Shown in pieces: positions 26,531 through 36,960 of a stretch of 64,000 nucleotides of DNA. This stretch comes from Callorhinchus milii (Eukaryota): assembly GCF_018977255.1 (NCBI RefSeq), contig NW_024704743.1, positions 5,768,001 to 5,832,000 of the forward strand, given 5' to 3'. Every line of letters starts with the position of its first letter. The first letter of the stretch is position 1. The notes below the pieces were generated by a model. It worked only from the letters and a program-made list of their open reading frames with translations. It was not told the DNA's origin and searched no databases. The translations under genes were made by a program, and so were the position numbers.

Positions 26531-28833
26531 CAACAACCACACAGACCTTTCACCAGCGATTACAAAACAGTAATTAGAAGCAGGTCCCTGGCTGATGTTC
26601 CCTGAGACACTGAGACCAGCTGTAGAGCTTCCACCCCTGCTCACCCTGGGATCAGCTAGTTCAGCATAGACCAAAGATTGAAGCTGGAAACTTTTCGGTC
26701 TTTACAGCTCAACACCACAACCCAATATCCTTTATGCACTGATATATTGAGGGGCGTGGAGGGTGAAGAGTGGAGGGGGAGGTTAAGGTCACAGAAACAA
26801 CAACTTGCATTCACATAGCACCGTCATGATTTGTAGGTGAGTGTGAAGATCTTGAAATCAATCCGGTCTGCAGCAGAGAAGTCTGGCAAAGACTGGGGAG
26901 ATGGGGGTGCAGTGTCTGAAATAACTTATATTTTACGCATCACAGCCACAGTTTGCCCACAGCAAAAAAAAACATGTTTCTACCGATGGAAGTAATGCTT
27001 ACAAATAAGATTTGGCACCTTGTCACATCGTTCAGATGTCTCAAAGAATATACTGTAAAATGAATCAACGGTGTATTTTGTGGGCAAAACGCAGCGGCCA
27101 ATTGCACACAGCAGTGTCCCACAAAGAGTTGTGGATTGAGTGACCAAACTATCATTTATTTATTTTTGATGGGATTATTAACCGCGGAAAGCAATCCGCC
27201 AATCGACTAGGAACCCGGGATCCTACTTCCTGCTAGATAAACAGAGGCCTGTGGAGTAAGCAAACTTGCCTGAGGTTTTCTTACTTAAAATAATTTTGAG
27301 TCACTACCGTGATAAATATAATAGGGACAGGGAGAATAGTTATATAGGGGATACCAGCAGTGCCCACTTTTGTAATGTTTTTTACACACCCAGTGGGTGA
27401 CGGCTTGTCAGAACTTGCTGTTGGCCGTCAATGTTTCCGTTTCAAAAGTGGTGCTGTGATGATGATGAAGCACGACAAACTCCAACCCAGGAGAGGAAAA
27501 GGTCAATGGAATTAGATGATTACACCTTCAAACAGCCAGCACAGGAGAGAATGACTTTCTGCGCTGTAAAGTTCTACGGTTCTATGATTCTAACAGTAAA
27601 GTGAACGACTACTCCACAGAAGGGCTGGAGTTGTGTTCTGACGGACCAGGACTCCCAATTATACCAACAACATGCATTTTCCACATACAGTACAATGTAG
27701 GATAAAGTCCCCAAATGCCTTACAGGAACAGTGTGGACATACAGGGATCTGGGAATCTGGGAAGGTGTCACGGTCGAGGAGGTAGCTTTTTTAATGAAGT
27801 TTTTTAAAAAAAGGAGAAGGGACGTGATGTAGAGTGACCCAGACTTAGAGTTCCACCTTTGTTACACAGTGCCTAAGCTCATCAACTGCTTATAACTGTG
27901 ACATGTACTATCTGTTATTGGCACCACTGAAATGTTAGATTCTTATAATGCAATTCAAATTTACCTTAAACAGACCTTTGATGGCGGGAGGACATCCCAA
28001 GTCACAGAACAATCTTGGTTTTTCACTGGAGCGAGGGGTAGGAGCTGAAGGATGGCGAGAAGGGGAAAGATGAGAGAAAGTGCCGTCAAAGAGGTAGCTC
28101 TTGACATGGACCTTAAAAAGGGTGAGGGAGGGAGCTTCTTAGCACAATTCAGTGAAAAACACACTGATGATTGCACCTTTGGAAATTCTGTCGATATCTC
28201 CATTGATTTTCCTTTATCCCGTTACTTTTCCCCTCCCCCCACCCAAAAATAACCAAACCTGAGGCCAACTATGGCAACTATTGACCTAAAGCCCTGCCAA
28301 TCGTGGGATTAATATTGAGTTACACCACTACTTGGCGTTGGCTCATTCAATTGCCAGGAGGTTCAGTGGCTGCCAGAGCAAATGCGAGCTCAACTATTTT
28401 GACAGAAGTGGGGGGAAGAGAAATGTAAATAGACACACACGAAGACATCAGAAAAATGAATTTTTCACCCCATGTTCTATTCTCTGCCACGTAGTTACAA
28501 TGCAAGTTCACCTCTAGCTCTCAGCGTTTTTGTGGTAAGTTTGAGTCCTCTTATTTATACACCTATTTCCAGAACTCTGGGTCTCCAAGTTATTCTGAAA
28601 AAAAACAACCACTTGATGATTCCGTTCTTGGTAAAAGCCAGATTATTTGAGATATCCCAGCTATGTACGACATGCCTTTCTTTGACCAGTGGAGAGCTTC
28701 AGTTGGCTGCACTAAGACTGGCCGGAATCTGAAGCCAGGGTCCATCGTGAATCCAGTCGTCCCTTATCAGCTCAAAGCACCAATCGCCCTATACATTCGT
28801 GGCGATATAGAGGAACTTTGTCAAATGAATGAT

Positions 28834-30344
28834 TCAGGACGAAACCCACAAAAAGGAAAGGTTTGTCCCGCGCTCATGGGCGATCTGGTTTATCCGCCCT
28901 CGGACACAATCCAGGGAGATCGAGGCCATCGTGCCGTTCTGGACGGCAAAGGAAGTGCGGAGAGAAACACTGGTCCATTGGCTGCCCTCGGGCATCTGCC
29001 CCCCGATCTGCTGTGCCAGTGTGGCCGGCTGGGCCTGGCGGCTCTGCAGTCTGTACAGAGTGACTCTGACGATGCTGCAGGAATGAATGAGCTTCAGGTT
29101 CAAAGCCACACTGGCCACTCCCTCATCGCGGAACAGGACGCGCTCCCGCGCAAACTGCCCGTCCGTCACCAGCCGCACCTGACTCGCTTCTGTGGCCGGC
29201 AAAACCTCCTGAAACCGGAGCGATCTGTTCCTCACGGCCCCCATCGGCAACCCAGCCTTGCAGACCCGCAGGGAGAGGGCGGTGGAAACAGCCGAGGGAA
29301 TCCAGAGGAGGCTGAACACGCTGATCCCAGGCACGACCCCAAAATAGCGCACGCTGCACTGCGCAGGGGAGAGGATCTCGAAGCTGATCATGTCCCCGGT
29401 GTTAACCTGGGCAACTCCGGAGGCAGATATTGATGTGTCTCTGTAATTCACGCCAGTTTTATAAACCTGAACCAGCTCTCGGTTCGTTCCGTTCCTGTTA
29501 ATGTAGGAGATCAAAGTGAAGCCCTCTCCAATGCAGGTGTGACCCATGGCATAGAGCGCTTGGTGGTACACGAACCTCACCACTCCCTTCTCCGTGAAGC
29601 GAATGGCTCTCCCCCCGTGGCACAGGCTGATCATGTAGGGGTCAGAGATGGCGATCACCTGGAAGACGGGTCTGTAGTTGCTCTGGTAGTGCACCGAGGT
29701 GGTCGTGTGAGCGCTCATGGCCACAGCGCCCGTGTCGTGCGAGAGCCAGAAGAAGCTGAAGGGAGCGCGCAGGTGGTAGACACTCAGGTCGTGGCTTTGA
29801 TTGCAGTGTTGGTTGGGGCTCTTCAACACCAGTTGGATTACGTGGCCGGGCTCCACTTCGGCAGAGCCGCTCACGCTCGTGCTCTGGTAGTACTTGCCGT
29901 CCGGCTGCTCGATGCGAGCCCCGCTGAGGTCCCGCCCGCCCTCGCTGTCGTTGAGCTGGAGCGTCAGCTGAAGGAAGTTCCTGCAGTGGTGCTTGACCGC
30001 AAAGTTGTAGTCGACCCAGATCAGGCCGTGCTGCCCGAGCACCAACCGTCCGTCCTGATTGGTGGCGAGGTGCGACTTAGGCTGCCCTTCGATGGCCAGG
30101 CTCAGGCCCAGGTCGACCTCCCCACCGGCTACTTCGGTGCTCGCCCACCACGATCCCGAGAGCCGGGCCTCAGGCGATCGGCCACACACCGCGTCGCCGT
30201 GCGCGGAGCATCGGAAAGCCACAGCCCCCTCGGGGCACAGCGAGCAGGCCTGGCACTCCTGCATTTCGCTGTTGAAGAAGTAGCCGTGGCCGCAAAAGCC
30301 CGAGATCACGTCCCTCTCCACGATCCCCAGGCACCGGAATCCAC
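28834..30344 (-). CDS. Unnamed secreted multidomain protein, final coding exon: end of EGF, TNFR-type Cys-rich domain 2, three tandem C1q/TNF-like domains
   Basis: Acceptor gttgacag|GT (phase 1), 1511 nt open to TGA, GC/CpG-rich. Contains CGHGY...CQACSLCPEG...C....D..C. Three ~150-aa repeats end FSFFWL, FSLLWI and LSFLWV. Confidence 0.9.
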
Positions 30345-30429
30345 CTGTCAACACAGCGGAGCACACAGGCCGGTTATCAGGGCCGAGCACAAGGATCTCC
30401 ACGGTTATAAGAACACCAGGAATACCCAC

Positions 30430-30496
30430 CTGGAGTGTTGAGGCACTTGACCTGATCACCACAAAGCTCTGCTGACTCCAGACACTCGTCCTTGTC
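30430..30496 (-). CDS. Unnamed secreted protein, 67-nt micro-exon (N-terminal part of a calcium-binding EGF-like module)
   Basis: aaatttag|GAC...CCAG|gtgggt encodes DKDECLESAELCGDQVKCLNTP(G). Phase 0 in and phase 1 out match both neighbours. It lies in a different frame from the ORF-track ORF. Confidence 0.88.
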
Positions 30497-30973
30497 CTAA
30501 ATTTCAAATCATACAATTAATAAGACGGGCACGAAGTGTTAAGCAACACGTTATTAAAGTATTAAAAGTACTGCGTTGTAACAGCTAGGCTCACACATCC
30601 CGGATACCCGGAGTGTGTGTATAATCCAGTAGTGTTTAAGTGCTCCGAGACGCTACCCTGCGTGGAGAACACTATATAAGTGCAAGGTGTTGTTGTAGTG
30701 TGTCTATGCATGTACGTTTATACAATACTAATACGCGTATATGTTATATTTGTGTGTATATGTGGGTGTGGTGCGTATACGCATGCGTGAATGTGTATAT
30801 ATGCGTACGTGTATTATGTGTGTGTATGTGTGTGCATGCGTTTGAATGTGTGTGAAGTGTAAGCGTATTGCGTGTACATATGTATGCGTGTACGTGTTAT
30901 TCTGTATCGACAGAGAAGTCAGCAAGCAGCTTAGCGCTTTCAGACAGCAGTGCCAGGCTGTGGAGCGGTTCAC

Positions 30974-31512
30974 CTGACATATGCGGTCAGCGGTTTGCGA
31001 GCACTCCGAGAGCAGATGAAAGCCCGCCGGACACAGGGTGCACTTCTCACACTGGGGCGGCATCTTGTGCAGATCACAGAACTCATCGGCGCTGCACAGT
31101 GCGCACTCCGTCAGCCTCCCGCTGACGTCCAGCACTTCGGCATCAACGTCCACGGTTTGCACCGCATACTCCTTCCGCAGCTGAGTTTGAATGTGGCCCT
31201 GCAGTCTGTGCAGGTGAGACTCAAACTGATCCTGGATTTCGGCTTGCAGGCTGGAAAGGGACGTTAGCTTAATGCTTTCAGAGAGCATGTGGTACTGGAC
31301 TTTTACGAGCTCCATCTGCTCGAACATTTTCCTCTGTTGGCCGAGTATTTCTCTTTGTTGGTTGATCAGAGCCGTCTGCTGTTCAGTCAGACTGTGCTGT
31401 AAGTCGCTGATCATTTTCTGCTGGCTCTTCAGCAGCTCCACGAACTTCTCCTGTCCCTTTGACAGCTGGAGCTGCAGAATTAGTGCGTCTTCAGACGGGA
31501 CTTCGTTGTCTC
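30974..31512 (-). CDS. Unnamed secreted protein, coding exon 2: coiled coil and TNFR-type Cys-rich domain 1
   Basis: cgtttcag|GA (phase 1) to CAG|gtgaac (phase 0), 539 nt. Gln/Leu heptads are followed by CSADEFC...CEKCTLCPAGFHLLSECSQTADRICQ. Confidence 0.9.
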
Positions 31513-32749
31513 CTGAAACGCCATGAAAGTTTTAAGCGTGAATGTGACGCTGCCACTGAATAAATGGGTGGGTGGGTGATTGGTTGGGTGAATGCACACA
31601 TGGATGAAGTGCATTTATTTCGCATTTCACCCACAAAACATACAGTCAATTCACTTTACGGTATATTCTGTGAAGCGCTTTGAGACGTCTAGAAGATGTG
31701 ATGAGGCGCTATATGAAACGCAAGAATTATTATTATTATTTGTGTTTTCAAATCATCACCACAGTTTTTCATCGTACTTGTAATTTCAGCTTCCCTCTGC
31801 TTTGTGATTCGTAGGAGAAGATAGGGAGATAAGGAGGTGCTCGGTCATGGGAGGGATTTAAAGGTGCCGACTGAGGTGATGGGCATTTGAGAGGAATCGC
31901 AATTGCAGGGTGGAATTCCACGATTTCAGTTGCAAACCAGAAGCCGAAATTAGGACAGCAACTTTTGAATGAGAATGCTGTGCCGCATTTTCAAGCTTGC
32001 TGTTTACTGCAAGCTCTTCAGATCACATCTGAAGACCTTCCTCTTTGACCGTGCCTCCGGCCCTTTTTCCCTGGCTCTGTGTCAAGCTACGTCACTGTTA
32101 AGCGCTCCAAGATGCTACCCCATGTGAAGAGCACTATATAAATGCAAGCTGTTGTTGGAAGTCTGAAGTCTGATCTTATGGAACGTACGGTTATGGAATT
32201 GCCCTGTACTTGTTAAATCACAAATAAAGGTTCTGCAAAATAGTAAGCAAAAGTTCTAGAGAACGTGTTCAGTTCCAGTCTAGTACTGGGAAGCATTAAA
32301 TTGTTGAAGGTGCCATCCATCAGGATAAGACTTTAAACCTGGGTCCCACCTGCCTCCTCAGGTCGGTGTTAAAGTTCCCATGACAAGAGAAGGAAGTTTC
32401 ACCAGAGCAGTTGTTGGAATACTTGGTGAAGTATGTATAACGTTTGTCAGACTAGCTGGAACTAATGTGGAAAAATCAAAACATGTAGCACAGACCTCTT
32501 GAGTACAATTTCTGCAGCAGTCACATAATATATTATGCAGTATAAGAATGCAACCACTCTATACAAAAGGTCAGGTAACCTGTGCATAAAGGAGTATTCA
32601 GGGTTTTTTGTTGGTCAGCCAGGTGTCTGACACATGTGAAAACCCATCTTAAGAGTTTCCCAAACAAACTGAAAGTTCTACATAGGTACGCCAATTACAC
32701 ATGGGTATTTGAATATTCACGTAAAAAGATGTTTTTAAAAATATATATA

Positions 32750-33003
32750 TAATAATAATAATAATCCTTGCATTTGATATAGCGCTTTTCACGTCGGGAG
32801 GACGTCCCAAAGCGCTTCACAGAACACACTGTAAAGTGAATTGACTGTATATTTGTGGGCGAACGCGGCAGCCAATTGCGCACAGCAATGTCCCACAAAC
32901 AGTCGTAGATTGAAAATGACCAATTTAATTATTGTTTTTGGTTTTTTGGAGGGATTATTATTAGGCGTGTGGAGTAAGGAAACTTGCCCAAGGTTTCGCC
33001 CTG
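32750..33003 (-). mobile_element. tRNA-derived SINE, short form, 5'-truncated, CTCCC-loop variant
   Basis: Body nearly identical to 37771-38097. Lies in an intron of the unnamed gene. Confidence 0.9.
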
Positions 33004-34093
33004 CAATATATATTGCAATATATATTGTTTCCAGCAAAACAAATTGACTTACTTAATCCCCCCAGAACAGGACAGTAAAAAGCTTGCTACATTAATAATA
33101 TTATAATCCTTGCATTTGATTTAGCATCTTATCAAATTGCCCAAAAGTCCCAAACTAGTTAACAGGATTTACTGTAGAGTGTAGTGACTGTGCATTTTGC
33201 ATGTGAGCATGGCAGTCAACTTGGGCACAGCAATGTCTCGCAAATGTCAATTTTATCTGGTAGATTTTATCTGGTAAGGAAAGATACTGATCATAATAGG
33301 ACAATCTAGAAAATCGGGTCCAAAACACAATAGTCACAAAATGGATTTGTTACATTAATTGCAAAATTTGTTTTAGCAAGAATACATTTGAGAGCAATAA
33401 ATAAGAGATAGACATTATCAATACCACTCCACCAAATGAATGAATGAATGAATGAATGGGTTAGCCTGGCCCAGTTGATAGCACTCACACCTCTAAATCA
33501 GAAGGTTGTGGGTTCAACCCCACATTTGAGTCGACTGACAACAGCAGCAACAAAATTACATTTGTATGGAGCCTTTCACATTGGGAGGCACTGGGCAGAA
33601 AAGAGTTTTGGACCCGAGCTGCGGGTTGGGATCGGGGAGGGTAGGGGGGGAAGCAGGGTGATCGAAAGCACGGTCGAAGAGGAGGGTCTTGAGATGGGTC
33701 TTGAAGGAGGCAAGGGAGCGGGAGAGGCTTAGGGACTGTGGGATGGAGTTCCAGAGGGTGGGGACAAAGTGGCAGAAGACTGACACTCCCAATACAATGT
33801 TGGGGGAAGCATTGGTTTGTCAAAAGGTAATGTCGTTCGGGTGACATTAAACCGAGATTTCATCATCCTGTTCAACAGCAACAACAAAATTACATTTGTA
33901 TAATGCGTATCACGTTGGGAGGACATTCCAAGGCGCTGTTCAGGTGGACATTAAAGATTCCTTGGTACTATTCATAAAGAGGAGAGTTTCTTCCCGTGTC
34001 CTGGCCAACAATCCGCACGTACAAATTAGCTATTATTTTTGTTGTATTTTTAATGAATAAAAAATCTGTGCAGAATAACCACTTGTCACTTAC

Positions 34094-34709
34094 CTGGTTT
34101 GATGTCACAAGTCAGCTGGACTCCCAGGGCTGCTCCTCCCAGCTCTGTGGCAGGATAGCCCGAGGCTGGGATCTCGCCTATGAACTGAGCTGCTGTGTCG
34201 GGTATGTGTGTGTAACTCGGCTGCCTGGGAGTGTCTGATAGCAACGGGACCGAAACAGGGGGACAAAGCTCTCCATTGCAATGAGATCGGGGTTTGGGCT
34301 TCAGGCGGATCCTGAGAGGCAACTTGCATTCAATCCCTTTGCATTCTTTGGAGTCGTTTGGCTGCAGGGTCTGGCAACTGCTCCCAGTGCAAACGCCTGT
34401 GTCTTCAGCCACTGCCACTCTCACATGCTCCTTCCTGGTGTTGGGATCCAGGATGGATCTGGAGCTGGATGTTTGATGAGCCCGAGAAGGTGGGATCTCC
34501 CTGTCCTGGAGGTTGCCTACATTGGCTCGGAAGGGTCTGAAGACCCTGGTCTGGCACTGAGCTCCTGTGCACAGCCTATCCCCCTGCCCAGCGCTCGCTG
34601 TGTAACAGTAAACCCCTCGGCAGATCTCAGCGGTGGTGCCACTAACTCCTGGTCCAGGACAGGTCAATGGGAACAGGAGGAGTAAGAGACGCTGCAGTGA
34701 CAAGGACAT
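34094..34709 (-). CDS. Unnamed secreted protein, first coding exon: signal peptide and five CxGxxC motifs
   Basis: Acceptor ttatcacag| at 34753/34752. ATG at 34709 in AGCATG context. Signal-peptide-like MSLSLQRLLLLLFPLTCPGPGVSG. Donor CCAG|gtaagt at 34094 (phase 1). Confidence 0.88.
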
Positions 34710-35188
34710 GCTTTGTCTTGGGGCAAAGGAAAGACTGATTCCTCCTCCTGATCTGTGATAAAACACACAAAACATGTTTTTTTTCCAAAAAAAATCCTAA
34801 ATTCAAATAAATCAAATTTAGTCATCTCTGAATAATGTTATATAATCTTTGTATTTCTCTCAACCCCCCACTACCAACACCCCCCCCCCGCCCCACCACC
34901 TCCCCACACACCAAAGAAAAGTCAGCACATCCCCCCACACAAAAAAAACAGAACTGGTTTAATATCCACAGTCTCACATTTTTGGGGGGAATTTTTAAAA
35001 CATTAGGGAAAGAAGGGGGCAAGGCGGAGGGTTTGAGGGAAAGTATTCCAGAGTTTACACTTTTGCAACTCATCCCTTTTTTTTTGGGGGGGGGGGGATT
35101 TAAAAAAGAGTGAATGTGCCAAATTATTAAATTATTATCAGGAGAGGGGAAAAATTGTGACGTTGAAAGAAATAAAGGATCGCCTTAC

Positions 35189-35390
35189 CTGCAAAGGGAG
35201 TTGATTCTGCAGCTGGAACTCCTGGATCTCTTCTCAGTGAACTTTATTTTTATTTTGATTATATTAAAAAAAAAGTCAAAACTCTTTTCGTTGCAGCAGT
35301 GCAATGTGCATCTCCTGAGTGGAACTGAGGACTGGATGTGAATGGGTGGCATTCCACAAGTAATAAGGATCAGGGAGAGGAGGGTGTGTG
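35189..35390 (-). other. Putative non-coding first exon (5'UTR) of the unnamed gene; 5' boundary uncertain
   Basis: Strong donor CAG|GTAAGG at 35189/35188, about 440 nt upstream of the coding exon acceptor. A TTAAATA TATA-like motif lies at about 35416-35422 on the - strand. Confidence 0.5.
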
Positions 35391-36304
35391 TGTGTGTGTG
35401 TGTGTGCTCCCAAAACTATTTAACCCCTTAAGGGCCGAAGATGTCTCTTGCAGGGATTGTTCATTCCCTGGCAGTTTCCCAGCTCTCCGACTTGCTTACT
35501 CCCTTCCCTCCCATCCCCGCCAATTTACAACCCTGACTCCGCTAGACTGGCCCTGGCCTCCTGCTTGTCCTTTGTGCCCTCCGTTCCACCATCGGCAGCC
35601 ACAATTTCAGCCATTACACCACCAAACTCTGGAACGCTCTCCCTCAAACCCTCCGCCTTGCCCCCTTCCTTCCCTATCTTCAGGTTGTGCCTGAGTCCTT
35701 CCTCTTCGACCGTGCTTACAGTCACCGACCCCCGGTTCAGCATCTTGCTCAGCCACTGTCAAGCTCTCTGAGACATTACCCTACATGAGGGGCATTATAT
35801 GAATACAAGTTGTTGTTGTTATTTCACACACAATCCCAACCCCCACCTCACCCAACAAAAAAGGTGGTTTGAAAGAGCAGGAGAAAGTGCAATCACTTTT
35901 ATTTTTTTAAAAAGTGTGCATTTCTGGTTCGAAGAAACAAGGAAAAAGTTGCTCGAGAAAAGGTTAACTTGTCTTACGAAAAAGTCAGCCAAATTCTGGT
36001 GTCACCTCTTTTGTTTGAACACAGCGATGTAACATCATCCCCGTTAATAACCCCTCAGTCCATTGAATCATTTTAATCGGATACAAATTCCTGTTGGAGG
36101 CTTGTGTTTTGATGTTAGTTTCACAGGGAAAGAAATTTCCTCAAGGCACATCACTGGCTCAGCCCTGAGGAGACCCCACTTATCTCCCCTCCAGGAAGGA
36201 GGGTCACTAGGTTATTAGACATCTGACAAGGGCAGGCAAGCATGGGAAGCATTTTTGTCCCTCCTATCGACATGAAACAACATATAAATGTAACTTCTAT
36301 TGTA

Positions 36305-36960
36305 ATACTCTTTGGCTCTCGTCAACGTCTAAAATCTCACGGCTTTCACCTCCTCCACCTACCCAACCTCCACCTAAAACTCTCCGAACCCGTACGCAAC
36401 CCAGGCGTCAGGTTCGACCCCCAATTATTCTTCCTCCCCCACATCCGGTACCTCACCAGCACCGCTTTCTACCACCTCCGACGCATCGCCCGTCTCCGCC
36501 AATACCTCTGCCAAAAAGCCGCTGAAACCCTGGTCCATCCCTTTGTCACCTCTCGGCTGGACTACTCTAATGCCCTCCTCACCGGTCTCCCATACACTAC
36601 CATCCATAAAATCCAGATTATTCAAAACTCTGCCGCCTGCATTCTCACCCGCACAAAACTCCGCTCCCTGATCACCCCACTGACCTCTTCTCTCCTCAAA
36701 ACAGCACCCGTTGCCTTCGTTCCTCCAGGTCTGGCCTCTTCCTCCAAGTCCTCCTCTCCATTCTCAGTGGCCGTGCCTTCGGCCACGATGCCTCGAGGCT
36801 CTGGACTCCCTTCCTCACTCCCTTCGCCTCGCCCCCTCTCTTCCTATTTTCAGGTCTCGGCTGAAGACCTTTCTTTCCGACCGTGCCTTTGGTCACCTTC
36901 CTCCCCCTCCCCCTGGCTCATCCCCGGAATCCATTACTGTGAAGCACTCTGAATGCTTCC
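36305..36960 (+). mobile_element. L2 LINE 3' fragment
   Basis: HLRRIARLRQYL...FVTSRLDYSNALLTGLP...IQNSAACIL. Confidence 0.9.

Noticed and set aside
29539..30441. 300-aa + strand ORF (also 28663-29433, 256 aa)
   Set aside because: Antisense shadow of the GC-rich coding exon. No recognisable motifs or splice context.
30345..30516. N-terminal ~57 aa of the 560-aa ORF as a real start
   Set aside because: Better explained as intron sequence plus an out-of-frame micro-exon. The spliced model restores an EGF motif and links to a signal peptide.
30728..30973. C-terminal ~80 aa of the 237-aa ORF (His/Thr/Tyr-rich)
   Set aside because: Read-through past the donor at 30974 into an intronic TG/TA-rich simple repeat.
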